Shown in pieces: positions 38,480 through 49,149 of a DNA stretch of 64,000 nt. The stretch is from Takakia lepidozioides (Eukaryota > Plantae > Bryophyta): contig CM060731.1 of assembly GCA_030704615.1 (NCBI GenBank), forward strand, positions 14,136,001-14,200,000, read 5' to 3'. The translations under genes were made by a program, and so were the position numbers. The notes beneath the pieces are model-generated. The model was not told the DNA's origin, searched no databases, and saw nothing but the letters and a program-made list of their open reading frames with translations. Position 1 is the stretch's first letter; the number at the start of each line of letters is the position of its first letter.

Positions 38480-39430
38480 AGGTCAAGCAATTGAGATCCA
38501 TTGCTTGCCCCAACACCTGACGACGTGATGCCTCAGAAAGAGAAGGCACCGCCGTGGTCCAGTGGAAAACCCCATAGCCCGCTCTCGCTCGTCGGCATTA
38601 GGCTCCACTAACTGCTGCAACTGAGCATCCCACAGGAGGCCAGGTCCACCATCCCGAAAAGCATGGGATCCTGGGAAGCTGAGCAGTGTAGGTAATGCTG
38701 CTCGTGGTTGACCCACCCTGTTGACCACTGCCAAAGGCGAACGGTCATCGTGTCTCACACGTTGAGACTGCCTCCCTGTGTCCAAAATGCCATCCACGGT
38801 GAGTGTGCTGGCCGCTGCACCCCCATCAAATGCACGCTTGAGCAGTGCGGGTGGCATCAAGTTAGTCCACCAAAGCCGTGGACGATGAGCCCGTGACCCC
38901 ACTGCAGCTGCATCCAGCAACACTGCTGACCCAAGCCACGACCGGACTTGATGCACACTGGCCATCACCCTGGCCCGAGAATCACCCATCAGGCACATTC
39001 TCCAAGATGTATGCTGGAGATACAGCTTGATGAAGCTGCAAGTGGCGCAAAATCCGCACCATCTCCCAAAACAGACCCGTCCTCGAGTCTCGCAATCCAT
39101 TGCCATGCCCGGCTGATGAATGCCCTTGGCAGGGCCAACCTGCCACTACCAGATCAATGGAGCCAACCTGCTCCAAATCCTGCGCCCCCAGCAACGAAAT
39201 GTCTGCTGGCAAGGCTTGTTGGTATCCACGAACTGCAGACACTGGCAACAAGCAGGGTACTGCTGTACCAACTGAGCAACATGGCGCAGTGAGACGCGTC
39301 GTGCAGTCTCATCCCTCTCCACATACAGGTAACGTCGACCGTACACCTGCCTGTAGCACAGCAGCCAATCCGGTGCTGATCCCGCCAAACAAGTCCAGAA
39401 GGCAAATGCCTTCATCCGGATACTGCCACA
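38480..39430 (-). CDS. C5 cytosine DNA methyltransferase domain (DNMT3-like) within pol
   Basis: I LLDLFGGISTG, II YVERD, IV LVVAGWPCQG, VI ILENV, VIII AHRPRLWWTNL, IX ERERAMGF, X RRQVLGQAM; spread over frameshifted ORFs 39309-40493, 39146-39511, 38982-39251, 38483-39106 and 38166-38549. Confidence 0.9.
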
Positions 39431-39839
39431 CAATAGGTGTGGTATCCAATGGTGACAACTGAGGTGGTCCTGGTGCAATACCCGCACTCTCCTCCTCTCC
39501 TGACGGTACAAAAGCCTCTACCCAGGCTTGTTGCACCCGTCGATCAGCAACCTGCTGCAAATCCTTGCTCGTACCCCACAATGGAGTGTGAGCAACCATG
39601 GCAGGCAACTCCGCCATACCATGCATGTCATCCTGCTCTGCTGGAGGTGGCACATCCTCTGCATGGGCATTGCCTTCCAGCAACTCTCCAGGCCAACTAA
39701 CTGCAGCTGTAAAGGCGGCTAGTGTTGGCATCTTGCCCCGCTGGGCAGCCGCATACCCCCAATGAATGTCACAGGGAGCTGTGCACGACCATCCCTGACT
39801 GCCATCCAGGCCTGTAGGATGCTGACTCCTCCCAAAAGT

Positions 39840-42348
39840 CCAGGGTGAAGCCCATGGGTATAACACTGCCCCACCAACGAGGACATCGTAAGAGACCGCG
39901 TCTGTCACAATGGCCTTGGCTCGCATCACTGAGCCATCTATAGGATGATCCGGCTGCAGTCTAATGGCCAACTGATGCCGTGTCATGCCCCGAGCCTGCT
40001 CTGATCCTCCCAGAGATGTCTGTATCTGGAAAGGACAAGGCTCCATATCCGCCTCCATGAGGCCCAAACCTGCAATAGCAGCTCTGCCCAACATCAGTGG
40101 CTGAGCTCCCGAGTCCAACAAGACCCGCAGTGGCCGGTACTTCTTGCCTGCCGGTCCACTCAAAGTGAAAATGCCTCCCTGGTTGTCTAACAAGACAACT
40201 CCAGGTGTCACCATGGCGCGCTCAAAGGCTGGCCTAGCTGGCAGCTCCGTCAACCTGGCAGCTGCAGCTTGCCACGCAGCCGTGGCAGTCTTGACCCTCA
40301 AATCCGAGGATCCCTCTGCCACTACACCTTCCACTAACTCCGCAGAAGATGAAGTGACCTCCCCACTCTCACAGAGTGTTGCTGCTAGTCTGAACACTGC
40401 AGCTGGTCTTACCCCCGGCGTCGCAATCATGTTGCCGAGAACAGTGGGCCTGACACACAGAGGTGGCTGCCCCCAATAACACACCGGCTGCACTAGCCTT
40501 GGTAGCAGGTGTCAGTGCTGCACGTGTAGCTCTCCCCAATGGCATAGTAACCTCCGCCTCGGTAACAGTCGGGCGAGAACTAGGTGCCATGGATGGCGTC
40601 GACACAGTCTCCGCCAATGTGAATGACTGAGGAAGCCTCGCCTGACGGCTTGCCTCCCCACGCTGTGGATCCAATTCCACCTCTGCACCTCGTGGCTCAG
40701 GAACTCGTGCTGCTCCTCGAGTCACGGCTGCAGCAGACTCCACCTGCTCTAGTGGTAGTGCTGCTCCGCACATGAATCCCATGCCTCCCATATCTCCTCC
40801 CTCAGGAGCAGGAGGTGGACCATCCCGCCTGGGAGCCGGTACCGCCTGAGCTATAGCCATGGCAGCGAGCCTCTGCTCTAGCTGCTGAAGCCGGTTGGCC
40901 ATGCCTTGGTCAACACCCCTGACCTCCGCGTCCTTGGCCATGTGGAGCTTGCCCTTGGCCTGCACCTCGTGCCCGACCACCTCGTCCTCTTGGGCTGGTC
41001 CACCTCGCCCCCGGCCACCATTGTTCCCTTGGAACTGGCCTGGGCGCAACTCAGGATGCAAGTCATAACACTGGGCATCTCCATGCCCATACTTGCCACA
41101 ATGCCCACACTGCAACTGTGCAGGCTGTGCTTGTGCCGGCCTTTTGCCACTCTCTGGGCAATCTCTCTTGACATGGGGTCCTCCACATGTCCAACATATC
41201 ACCCCTGGTTGCTGTTGGCCTGCAAAAGATGCCACGGGCCTCTGCACCTGAGGTCCCTGTAAGCTCCATGGAACTTGGGCTGGGCAACCTTGCCCCCCTG
41301 ACCACGCTGTTGGCAGTCCTTGTGCCTGTGGGCTGGCAGCTGCGCCTCGTGCAGGCATGTCCTTGCCAAATCCAATGGTAACAACTCGCTCCTCCACCAT
41401 GTTGAGCTCAATCCGCTCAGCCAGCAGAAACACATCTGCTAATGTGGGTTGGGCTGCTTGTAACAGGGTTGCATCTCGCACCCTTCTCTGAGCTCCTTGT
41501 CCAGAATTCCATACCAAAACTGGATTGCCTGAGCTTCAGTAACCCCTTGGGTCACACTTATCAAGCGCCTCATACGAGTGTACGCCTCTCGCAGGCTCTC
41601 ACTGGGTTTGCGCTGGAAGTCTTGCAAACTTCGCAGCTTCTCTGTCCGTACACCTTGGTAGTTCCTCCGCAACTCCTGGAAGAACTCCACCACCGGGTTG
41701 AATCTAGGCACATGTGTTGTAGTCGTGGCAGGAGGAGTAGTAGCACACTTTTGAACTGGTACCACCTGCAGAAGTACCAGCACTACTTGCTCCACTACTA
41801 GTGCTGGCAGTGGGAGCTATTGGTACTGATGCAGCTACTGGTCGCGTCGTGCCTCGAGTAATGGAGACGTAGTCAGGTGACCAATACATCCTCCACTCCT
41901 CAATCTCTGCTTCATGTCCTCGCCTGAACTCGTGGTAATCGTCCATAGGCGGGCCTTCCAAATGCTGGAACAGTCCCTTCCACGCCATGAATGGGGTGAA
42001 TAGCTGTGGATTGCGCATCTGCTGCAAATCACACCAGCTGTCGAACTCCTGGATAAAGTCATCCAACTCGATTGTGCCCACAGCTCCAGAGTACCTACGA
42101 GGCCCCTTGGTAGCTCCATACATCTCCTCCATGTCGTCCCACAACAATGGCGAATGAAAGTGCACACCTGTTGATGAAGCCTCCGAGTCTGTGTCTGACT
42201 CTACAGTAATTGAGGGTGGCGGTGAAGGTGGTCTGAACCGAATACCTCGTCTTGTGAACCCACTCTCACTGTTACTGCCTGTAGCCGTACTCCCCTCAAA
42301 ACCCTTGGGTAACTCCGTAATGACACTCACAATGTGCACCTCCTCCAC
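39840..42348 (-). CDS. Gag (two CCHC knuckles) and aspartic protease
   Basis: Retrotrans-gag-like helical region, CWTCGGPHVKRDC, CGHCGKYGHGDAQC, protease VLLDSGAQPL. Confidence 0.88.
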
Positions 42349-42865
42349 GTGACACTATAAGGCTCTAGTACTAATCTAATAGTGACACGGGTGGGCACCT
42401 GTTGCAGTTTAAGGGTCATATCCCAATGGCTCAGGGCACCTGCACCTGCATCCACCGCAAGAACTCCTATGGTTGGCTGGTCATCAACCCAGCCTCACCA
42501 TAGAAGAAACACTGGTGGTCTTGCTGGTCATCACTCCAGCCTCACCACCGACAGCATACTCTAGGATTGACCGGTGATCAAATCCGGCCTAATCCCTATG
42601 AAAGCAAGCGCCCACACAAAACCAACATGGCGCACAGTCAAGCATGCAGGTGTTGGGGGGGATCCAAACACAAGAAATCAAAACATCAACACCCCCACAC
42701 CAAAATCCAGCTGCAATGCTGATCCTGCAGAATATCCCAGCCCAAAACCCCGGACTGACTGGCCTCACCAAGAGAGGCTTTGGCAACTACAAGTACAAGG
42801 TAATGAAAATAGTACAGAGATGGAGGGAAGAATAGAAGCCCGCCCAAGCAAGATCTAATCCTGAT

Positions 42866-43614
42866 CTATGCTATCAACTGCCAGACTTCTCTCAAAGTGC
42901 CTCGCTCTGCATGATGGTAAGGTGTAGGAGGTATATCTATGTCCAGAAACCTGCCACTAACCTTGTCCCAAGCTACAGTAGCTCGCTCTAACCAACCCTC
43001 CTCCTCTTTCTGCCAGGTAGAGACAAAGCAATACTCCCCTATCTCCCGCTCACTGAACACTAAAGAAAACAAAGGTAGGGTCTGATAGTCTCTCAACTCG
43101 AAAGCTTTGAGACGGTTGCGGGTGTCCTCATTGCGAATGACTGCATCTCCTTCACGCACAACAAACATGTCATTGCTATGAACCCCCGCTCGTGGTTGCC
43201 CTGTGCAGAGCGTATCCGGCTGCAACCATGTCTGATTGCACAAACTTGTGTAGCTCCTGCTCCTCTGCTCCAGTACACCACGGCCTTGTGGCTGAACACC
43301 TTGGTCCCCGGGGCTGTCTTTGGCTGTGTTCCAAGCCTAGCTTTCACCCACTTTGGTATTTCACCTACAGCTGCAGAACTGCTGGCTCCAACAGAGTTCT
43401 GACTGTCCAAGGCGATATTGAGGCCCTCAATGCCAACTACAGCAGTCTGTTGTCTACTGCTAATGCCTGACTCCCAGTATGCAATCAACTCGTCCAACTG
43501 TTCTCCACTCAAATCAGTCTGAGTTCCTTGGGAAACATAAATCCTGTCCCCTTGTGTGCACAGGCTAAGAGAAGAGACCTGCCCTTCAATTACGTCCTCA
43601 TTTCCCCCAGCCAT
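42866..43614 (-). CDS. Unknown ~250-aa ORF (one frameshift) upstream of gag inside the element
   Basis: ATG-initiated ORF 43093-43614 overlaps ORF 42866-43243 on the same strand as gag; no recognised motif. Confidence 0.5.
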
Positions 43615-45685
43615 ACAAGGAGTACATCCACAATTTGTCTCTCATATAGACCACACACAGGTTCTAGAGACAGGATTGTGGATCTTTCATGGCACACTCA
43701 CACTCTAAAAATTCCATAGATTTTTAGCAGAGTCCCAAAAAAAAAACCAGGTCTAGATAGGTAGATTTCCCCTTTCTGCAGCTATCCCTCAAAAACTGAG
43801 TCAAACGGAGCTCATTTGACAAAGATATGACCAACCAGGCTCTAAATCACTTAAATTAGATCAAAATGGCTTTTTTTTTTTTTTTTTTAAAAACACCAAA
43901 ACTTTTTCGCCATTAAAAACTGCTCCCTTCTCCATTGCTTTTCTGCAGTGCACAGGTGCCGACATGTTTTCATCAATATCTTTTGTCTTCTTCGCTTCGC
44001 TTCCTTGCTGTAGCTGTTTCGATGGCGTTTGTAGCAGGTTACTCGAAGGCTTTGAAAACTGGTTTGGCGGTAGACGCCAGAGAGGCATCGTCAGCAAAGG
44101 CTTCGTCGAGCCGAGCTCCAGTAGATGCAGTTCACTTGACGGAGGGCTTACTTGGGAGAGCCAGCTTCATCATCCACAGGAAGTCGTCTTTCTCGCTCTC
44201 CTTTTGTAGAGCCATCACTGACGGGAACCTCTGTCTGTTTTTCTAAACCTGCCAGGCACAGTCTAAAACCTTCATGTGCGATTGCCAAGGCTTTTGCTGG
44301 GGAAGAAACCCGGACTGGAATGACGATGACTATATTGTGTTAGGCTTGGCTCACTGCTTTCAAAAGATGATGATGGAAAGCGCAAGGACGCATTGATTGT
44401 GGAGCCCGTTACTGCTGGGACCTTTGAGTGTATGGAGAATGTGGGTAGAGCCCCCAATGGCCGCATTCAACCGGCTCTTCACCTCAGCTACAAGCCAGCT
44501 GCCCCCTAAGCCAGGTTGGCACCAATTATAGACTAGGTTGCACACAAAAACATCGGAGGAGTGAACTTCGTTCCTTTACTCAACTGAGCATCACCAGTCG
44601 CAATCCATAGCAACAACCCTTTCATAAGGAACAGAGACACAAGTCTCCAAAGAGCACATGAAACCACATGCAGGTGAAGGTGATCTGCCTACAATTTGCT
44701 TGTCACAACTTTGCTGCAACAGACACAGCATACCCATTAGACGGAGCAGAAATGGTCCTGTGCATTTCAGAGCTTTCCTGGAGAACTCGTCTGACCATCC
44801 TTCTGCTACAATTGTGTATGTTGTTTGTACTAGATTGTCGCAGAAGCTACCTGCAAGTGAACAGAGTGGCATTTAGCATTTGCAGCTGACCCTACAACCT
44901 CGCAAGCATCTTGTCCAGAAAGCTGCTGTATTCGGTAAAGCCACGTTGCTAATGTGAACTGCCTCCACAGCTGAGCCTCTGTTGCCGTCTCAATGTCATC
45001 CCCTCCACGCTCCCGGCATGCCCACCAAATGAACCTGGAAACAATATCGATCACCCGGCAACGTAACCTTGCAGTTTAAGCGACTGTCGACCATATAACG
45101 GCTAGCCAGTCAACGCAATGAGCTCCGCCCTGCTCTGATCTGCCAAAGAATCTTCACCTATTCTTATCCTTTGCACTCCCAGGGTAAGACGAGACGAGCT
45201 AGTCCGTGGCCTGGGCTCCCTCCGCTTCAGGATTGTTGATCAAATGCAGCACCTTGGTTGTTGACCGGTCATATTCCCCGTGTCCTAGTTTGGACTCCAA
45301 GACTGCAAGAGTGCAGGTATCAGCGTTCACAGCTTGCCAGCGCTACTCCATGCTGCACGGTAGAGCTTCTCTATAAGCTTACTGGGGAAACAATCATCCA
45401 GCTTCAAGGATCACGCATAGGTGCCAACTAGCATTTGCTGCTGCATTTTTAAGTCTCTCCTCGTGTACTCCAAAGCCTCTGGTGACTTGGTAGCTTTAGC
45501 GACTGCAATAACAGTGGCGGCTCCGGCATCGTCATCCTCCAGGCGTTTCAGGGCACGCTGAATCTTGTGATCATATTCAATGATATGCTTCTCAAACTAA
45601 GCACTACTTTCACACAGGTAATCTTGCAAGTGCTAACCCTCAACTCCTACCTTGCACTCACAGGTAAGAGATCATCTTTCTCGAG

Positions 45686-45992
45686 TGATAGAAAACCAAC
45701 GAACACACTGTTTACACAAAACATGAAAACCAAACCATCACTCTTAGAAATAGTAGTCGAGCCAGGGGCACCCCAAGCTATGGGGACTCCACCCCACAAC
45801 AAACCTGTACCCCTACATAAGCACACTCAAATCTAACCGCATGCAGGACCTTGGTCGCGCAGGCTCAACTCGAGAAAGATGAGCCGCGCGACTGCCGCTC
45901 TCGTGAAGATAAGACGGACCAGGTGTCAAACTAAAACTGACACCTGATTTAACACTTGACCTAAATCCAAGTGTTAAATACAAATAACTAGT
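45686..45992 (-). repeat. 5' LTR of the DNMT-Gypsy lacking its first ~130 bp; PBS at 45672-45685
   Basis: Direct repeat of 34340-34645; PBS complementary to 45868-45882. Confidence 0.9.
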
Positions 45993-46202
45993 GGCGCCAA
46001 CACTCATTCCTCAATGGCAGTCTGCAGGGACAACAATGTTTGCATGAACAGAAGGGTGGACACAACGATGGTGTTAGTTACTACTGGGCTAAGAGTCAGC
46101 TAACAATTGTCGGACAATAGAATGTTAGCCACACAACAATACTGAGCATAGCTTGATCGAGGATTAGAGGGTTTTAAGTAACACCAAATCGCAACTCAAG
46201 AA

Positions 46203-47983
46203 ATGCAAACACCTGACATTTGGTGAAAGCCTACGAACCCAGGGTTGCATTGGTGTTCCCTTAGGTCTGGTTTGCTTGCAAGCTAGAGAGGAAACATCTG
46301 CTCAAGTAAAGTTTGAGTCCATCTTATGCTTGGATGGCAGGCTGGAGGGGAAAGTAGCAGTGATAACAGGAGCAAGCCGTGGCATTGGAGAGGCCACAGC
46401 CCGGTTGTTTGTTGCACACGGAGCAAAGGTGGTGATTGCTGATGTGCTAGACGAGCTGGGTCAGAGTTTGGCAGAGGAACTCGGAGCAGATGAAGCACGC
46501 TATATCCACTGCGATGTGCGCAAGGAGAGTGATGTTGTTGCAGCTGTGGACTTGGCTTTATCCACATTTGGGAAGCTTGACATCTATTACAGCAATGCAG
46601 GCATAATAGGTCAGCATCTCTATCTATGTTTGACAAGCTGACATATACTACTTTCATGTTCAAAGCTATCTGACTCTCCTTGCAAAAGTGAAGAACTATC
46701 ATGTGATGTGGCATCTCTTTCCTTAGCAAAGAGATCAAAAACTCTCTACCACTCCTAGAGAGATTAGAGTGTGGTGGGTATTCCCTAGAGCGAGGTCCAT
46801 TGAAGGCAAAGATGAAAAATTGCACATCTCCTACCACCGAATCTTAAACCCTTTGTCTCTCCATTTTGTCTAGAAAGTACCCAAAATCTAGAGAAATACA
46901 GAGTCAGTTCCTAGAGACGTTTGCCAATTGCAGAGACTCACTTCTCTCTCTCTTCCTCCTCCCCCAAGTGGCATGTTCAACTCAATTCTGCCTCTAATGA
47001 TAACATTTCTAGACATCTCTCCCTTCTCGATGTGACACATCCAACTCATTTCTACCTTTGGTTGGCGCCTTCAGTCTCAGTAGCTGGGTTTGCAGACTTG
47101 AACATCGACGATTATGAGGCAGTATTTGCAGTGAACGTGAGGGGCACAATACTGGGCATCAAACATGCGGCAAGGGTACTGAAGGCAAGCAAGCATGGAA
47201 GCATTATTCTAACAACAAGTATAGCTGACGTGTTGACTGCCTTGGGACCAAGCGCCTATTCCATTACAAAGCCGCCGTTGTTGGTGGGTGCTCTCCTTTT
47301 TTCTGTTGGTTATGATATTATCAGTAACAAGCCTGGGGTGTGGGTGGGTCACACACACCAATGGACTTCTACAGCAACCACCGCCCCTTGTTTGTTAGAA
47401 ATGAGATTGCCACTCTAAAACTCATGAATGAGGTGTTCTTTTGCCCAACAGAAAAGTGCGTCGACCTTCCTATCAGCTCCAACGTATCAGTATCTAATGG
47501 AGTCTCATTTTATCCACAGGAATAGCTGGGTCAGCGGCGTTTGATCTACGGGGGCACGACATTCGCGTTAACTGCATTTCACCTGGTGGCTTACCAACCA
47601 CACTGTCACTTAATGCAGTGAGGTCAGTGAGGAAAACTTTCATTTCAATTGCCATGGGAATTCTATCACCTTGGACAAAAAGGATGCTGATAAGGATAGT
47701 AATGTTTCTTAGAGATCCTTCTATTTGTGTATAGCCCACTAAATGTAGGTGGGGGTGATACAGGGAGTTCGACCCAGGCATGACGATGCCTATGCTGGAG
47801 GAGAAAACCGCCAAAGGTAATGAGGGGTCTCTTGCTGGCAGTAATTTTCAGGTGAAAACAGTTGCAACTACTGCAATGTTTTTGGCCAGTGACGAATCGT
47901 CATTCACAAGCGGCCACAACTTGATGTTAGATGGCGGGCTCACTAGCTGTCGAACGATAGAATCACACAGATGGAATGAGTAA
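46203..47983 (+). CDS. Classical short-chain dehydrogenase/reductase (ABA2/TS2-like SDR110C), 1-bp frameshift near 47270
   Basis: RLEGKVAVITGASRGIG, CDV, NAG, VNVRG, YSITK, IRVNCISPG, FLASDESSFTSGHNLMLDGG. Start exon uncertain. Confidence 0.85.
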
Positions 47984-49149
47984 TGGTGGAGGACAATATT
48001 GTGTGTGGAGGATTTGGTCATTTTGTTCATACCAGCGAGAAGGTGACCACCACACGCAAGACACCAGGCTGTTTGGTGTACGCTGCTAAAGCCAGGGTTG
48101 TATTTCCCCAAGCCAGAGTGGCGCCTGAACGAAACATATCACAGTCCATAAAGGGGATTCCACGATTGAGATAAATCAATGGAGAGAGTATGGAGAGGAT
48201 GTTGATTCTTTCCCCGGTTCACAAGACTTGTTTGTCATGCTTTTCATGAAACGTGAGATGTTGGAGATGCTTGTCAGAAACCTGATTTCTCCGGGCCTAA
48301 ACTTACCACTAAGCATACAAAGATGGGGTTCTAGCATTCTGAAACAGTCAAATCTACCTGGCAGAGGATTGCTAAAGACTGTTTTGGTTCCACCAAGAAA
48401 TTACACATTAGTCTGGCCTTCTGAACTATGTCACCCGCTAATTATTCTCTACTAATCATCAAATCATGTCTGCCACTAACGTAGATTGGTGTTATGAAAC
48501 AAGTCATCTCTAACAGATCCGAGTAGGCTGAAGAAATTCTTTGAGCTAGCAATTGCCTTATCTGCAGGATGAAAGACACCTATCTCTGTATTATCCTCCA
48601 GAGGAAGGATGTTGGAGTGACAAGAGGAAAGAGTCATGGCTTGTCAGGGGATCAATTTCCCAACCTTGACTTTTTTAGTCCCTACAGAATGTTTTAGTTT
48701 GGGTCAAGTGGGAAGATGACATACAAAACCCAAAGTTGCATCCTTGTACAATACCTGACCTACAGGCATTTCAGAAGCTGAAAACCCATGCAGAACTGCA
48801 TCAAGCAAGTGACTTGAGCATATTTTCTGCATCAGACACTTCAAATTCTGATGGTTTCTTTTCCACATTGAGGACTTTGATGTTCCCATTGTCCACAAAT
48901 AATGCGTACCTGTAGGCACACATGTGACATGTTAGCTGCAAATTGTCCGAGCTCTAAAGGCAGTTATACTTTTCTTGGCAAGTGAACTCTTCGTATCAAG
49001 CCAATGAGAAAACTCCACTCGATAAAATTAGGAAAGGCGACGCTATGAATCTTTGAACATTCATTGAAAACAATCGTAAGGTACACGAAGGCCATGCCAT
49101 AATATTTACATAAATTTAATTTCTTTAATGCCACGCGCAAAGATAAATC

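Larger units (their letters stand above)
34254..45992 (-). mobile_element. Ty3/Gypsy LTR retrotransposon: extra ORFs-gag-PR-DNMT-RT-RH-IN-PHD
   Basis: All Gypsy pol domains in canonical order. LTR copies 34340-34774 and 45686-45992 differ at about six positions over ~305 bp by eye. PPT-like AGGGGGACGAT precedes the 3' LTR. Confidence 0.95.

Noticed and set aside
22590-39430. Functional methyl-group cluster (TRM8, HMT, DNMT)
   Set aside because: The DNMT is TE-borne and TRM8 is truncated; nothing beyond proximity supports it.
38480-39430. Bacterial contamination or restriction-modification MTase
   Set aside because: Collinear within pol between PR and RT, inside LTRs, flanked by intron-containing plant genes.
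34254-45992. DIRS/PAT tyrosine-recombinase element
   Set aside because: Despite split repeats it has a protease, DDE integrase and PPT; no YR motifs recognised.
45992-46000. TGGCGCC as a tRNA PBS
   Set aside because: It lies on the outer side of the LTR and the wrong strand for this element; the PBS is at 45672-45685.
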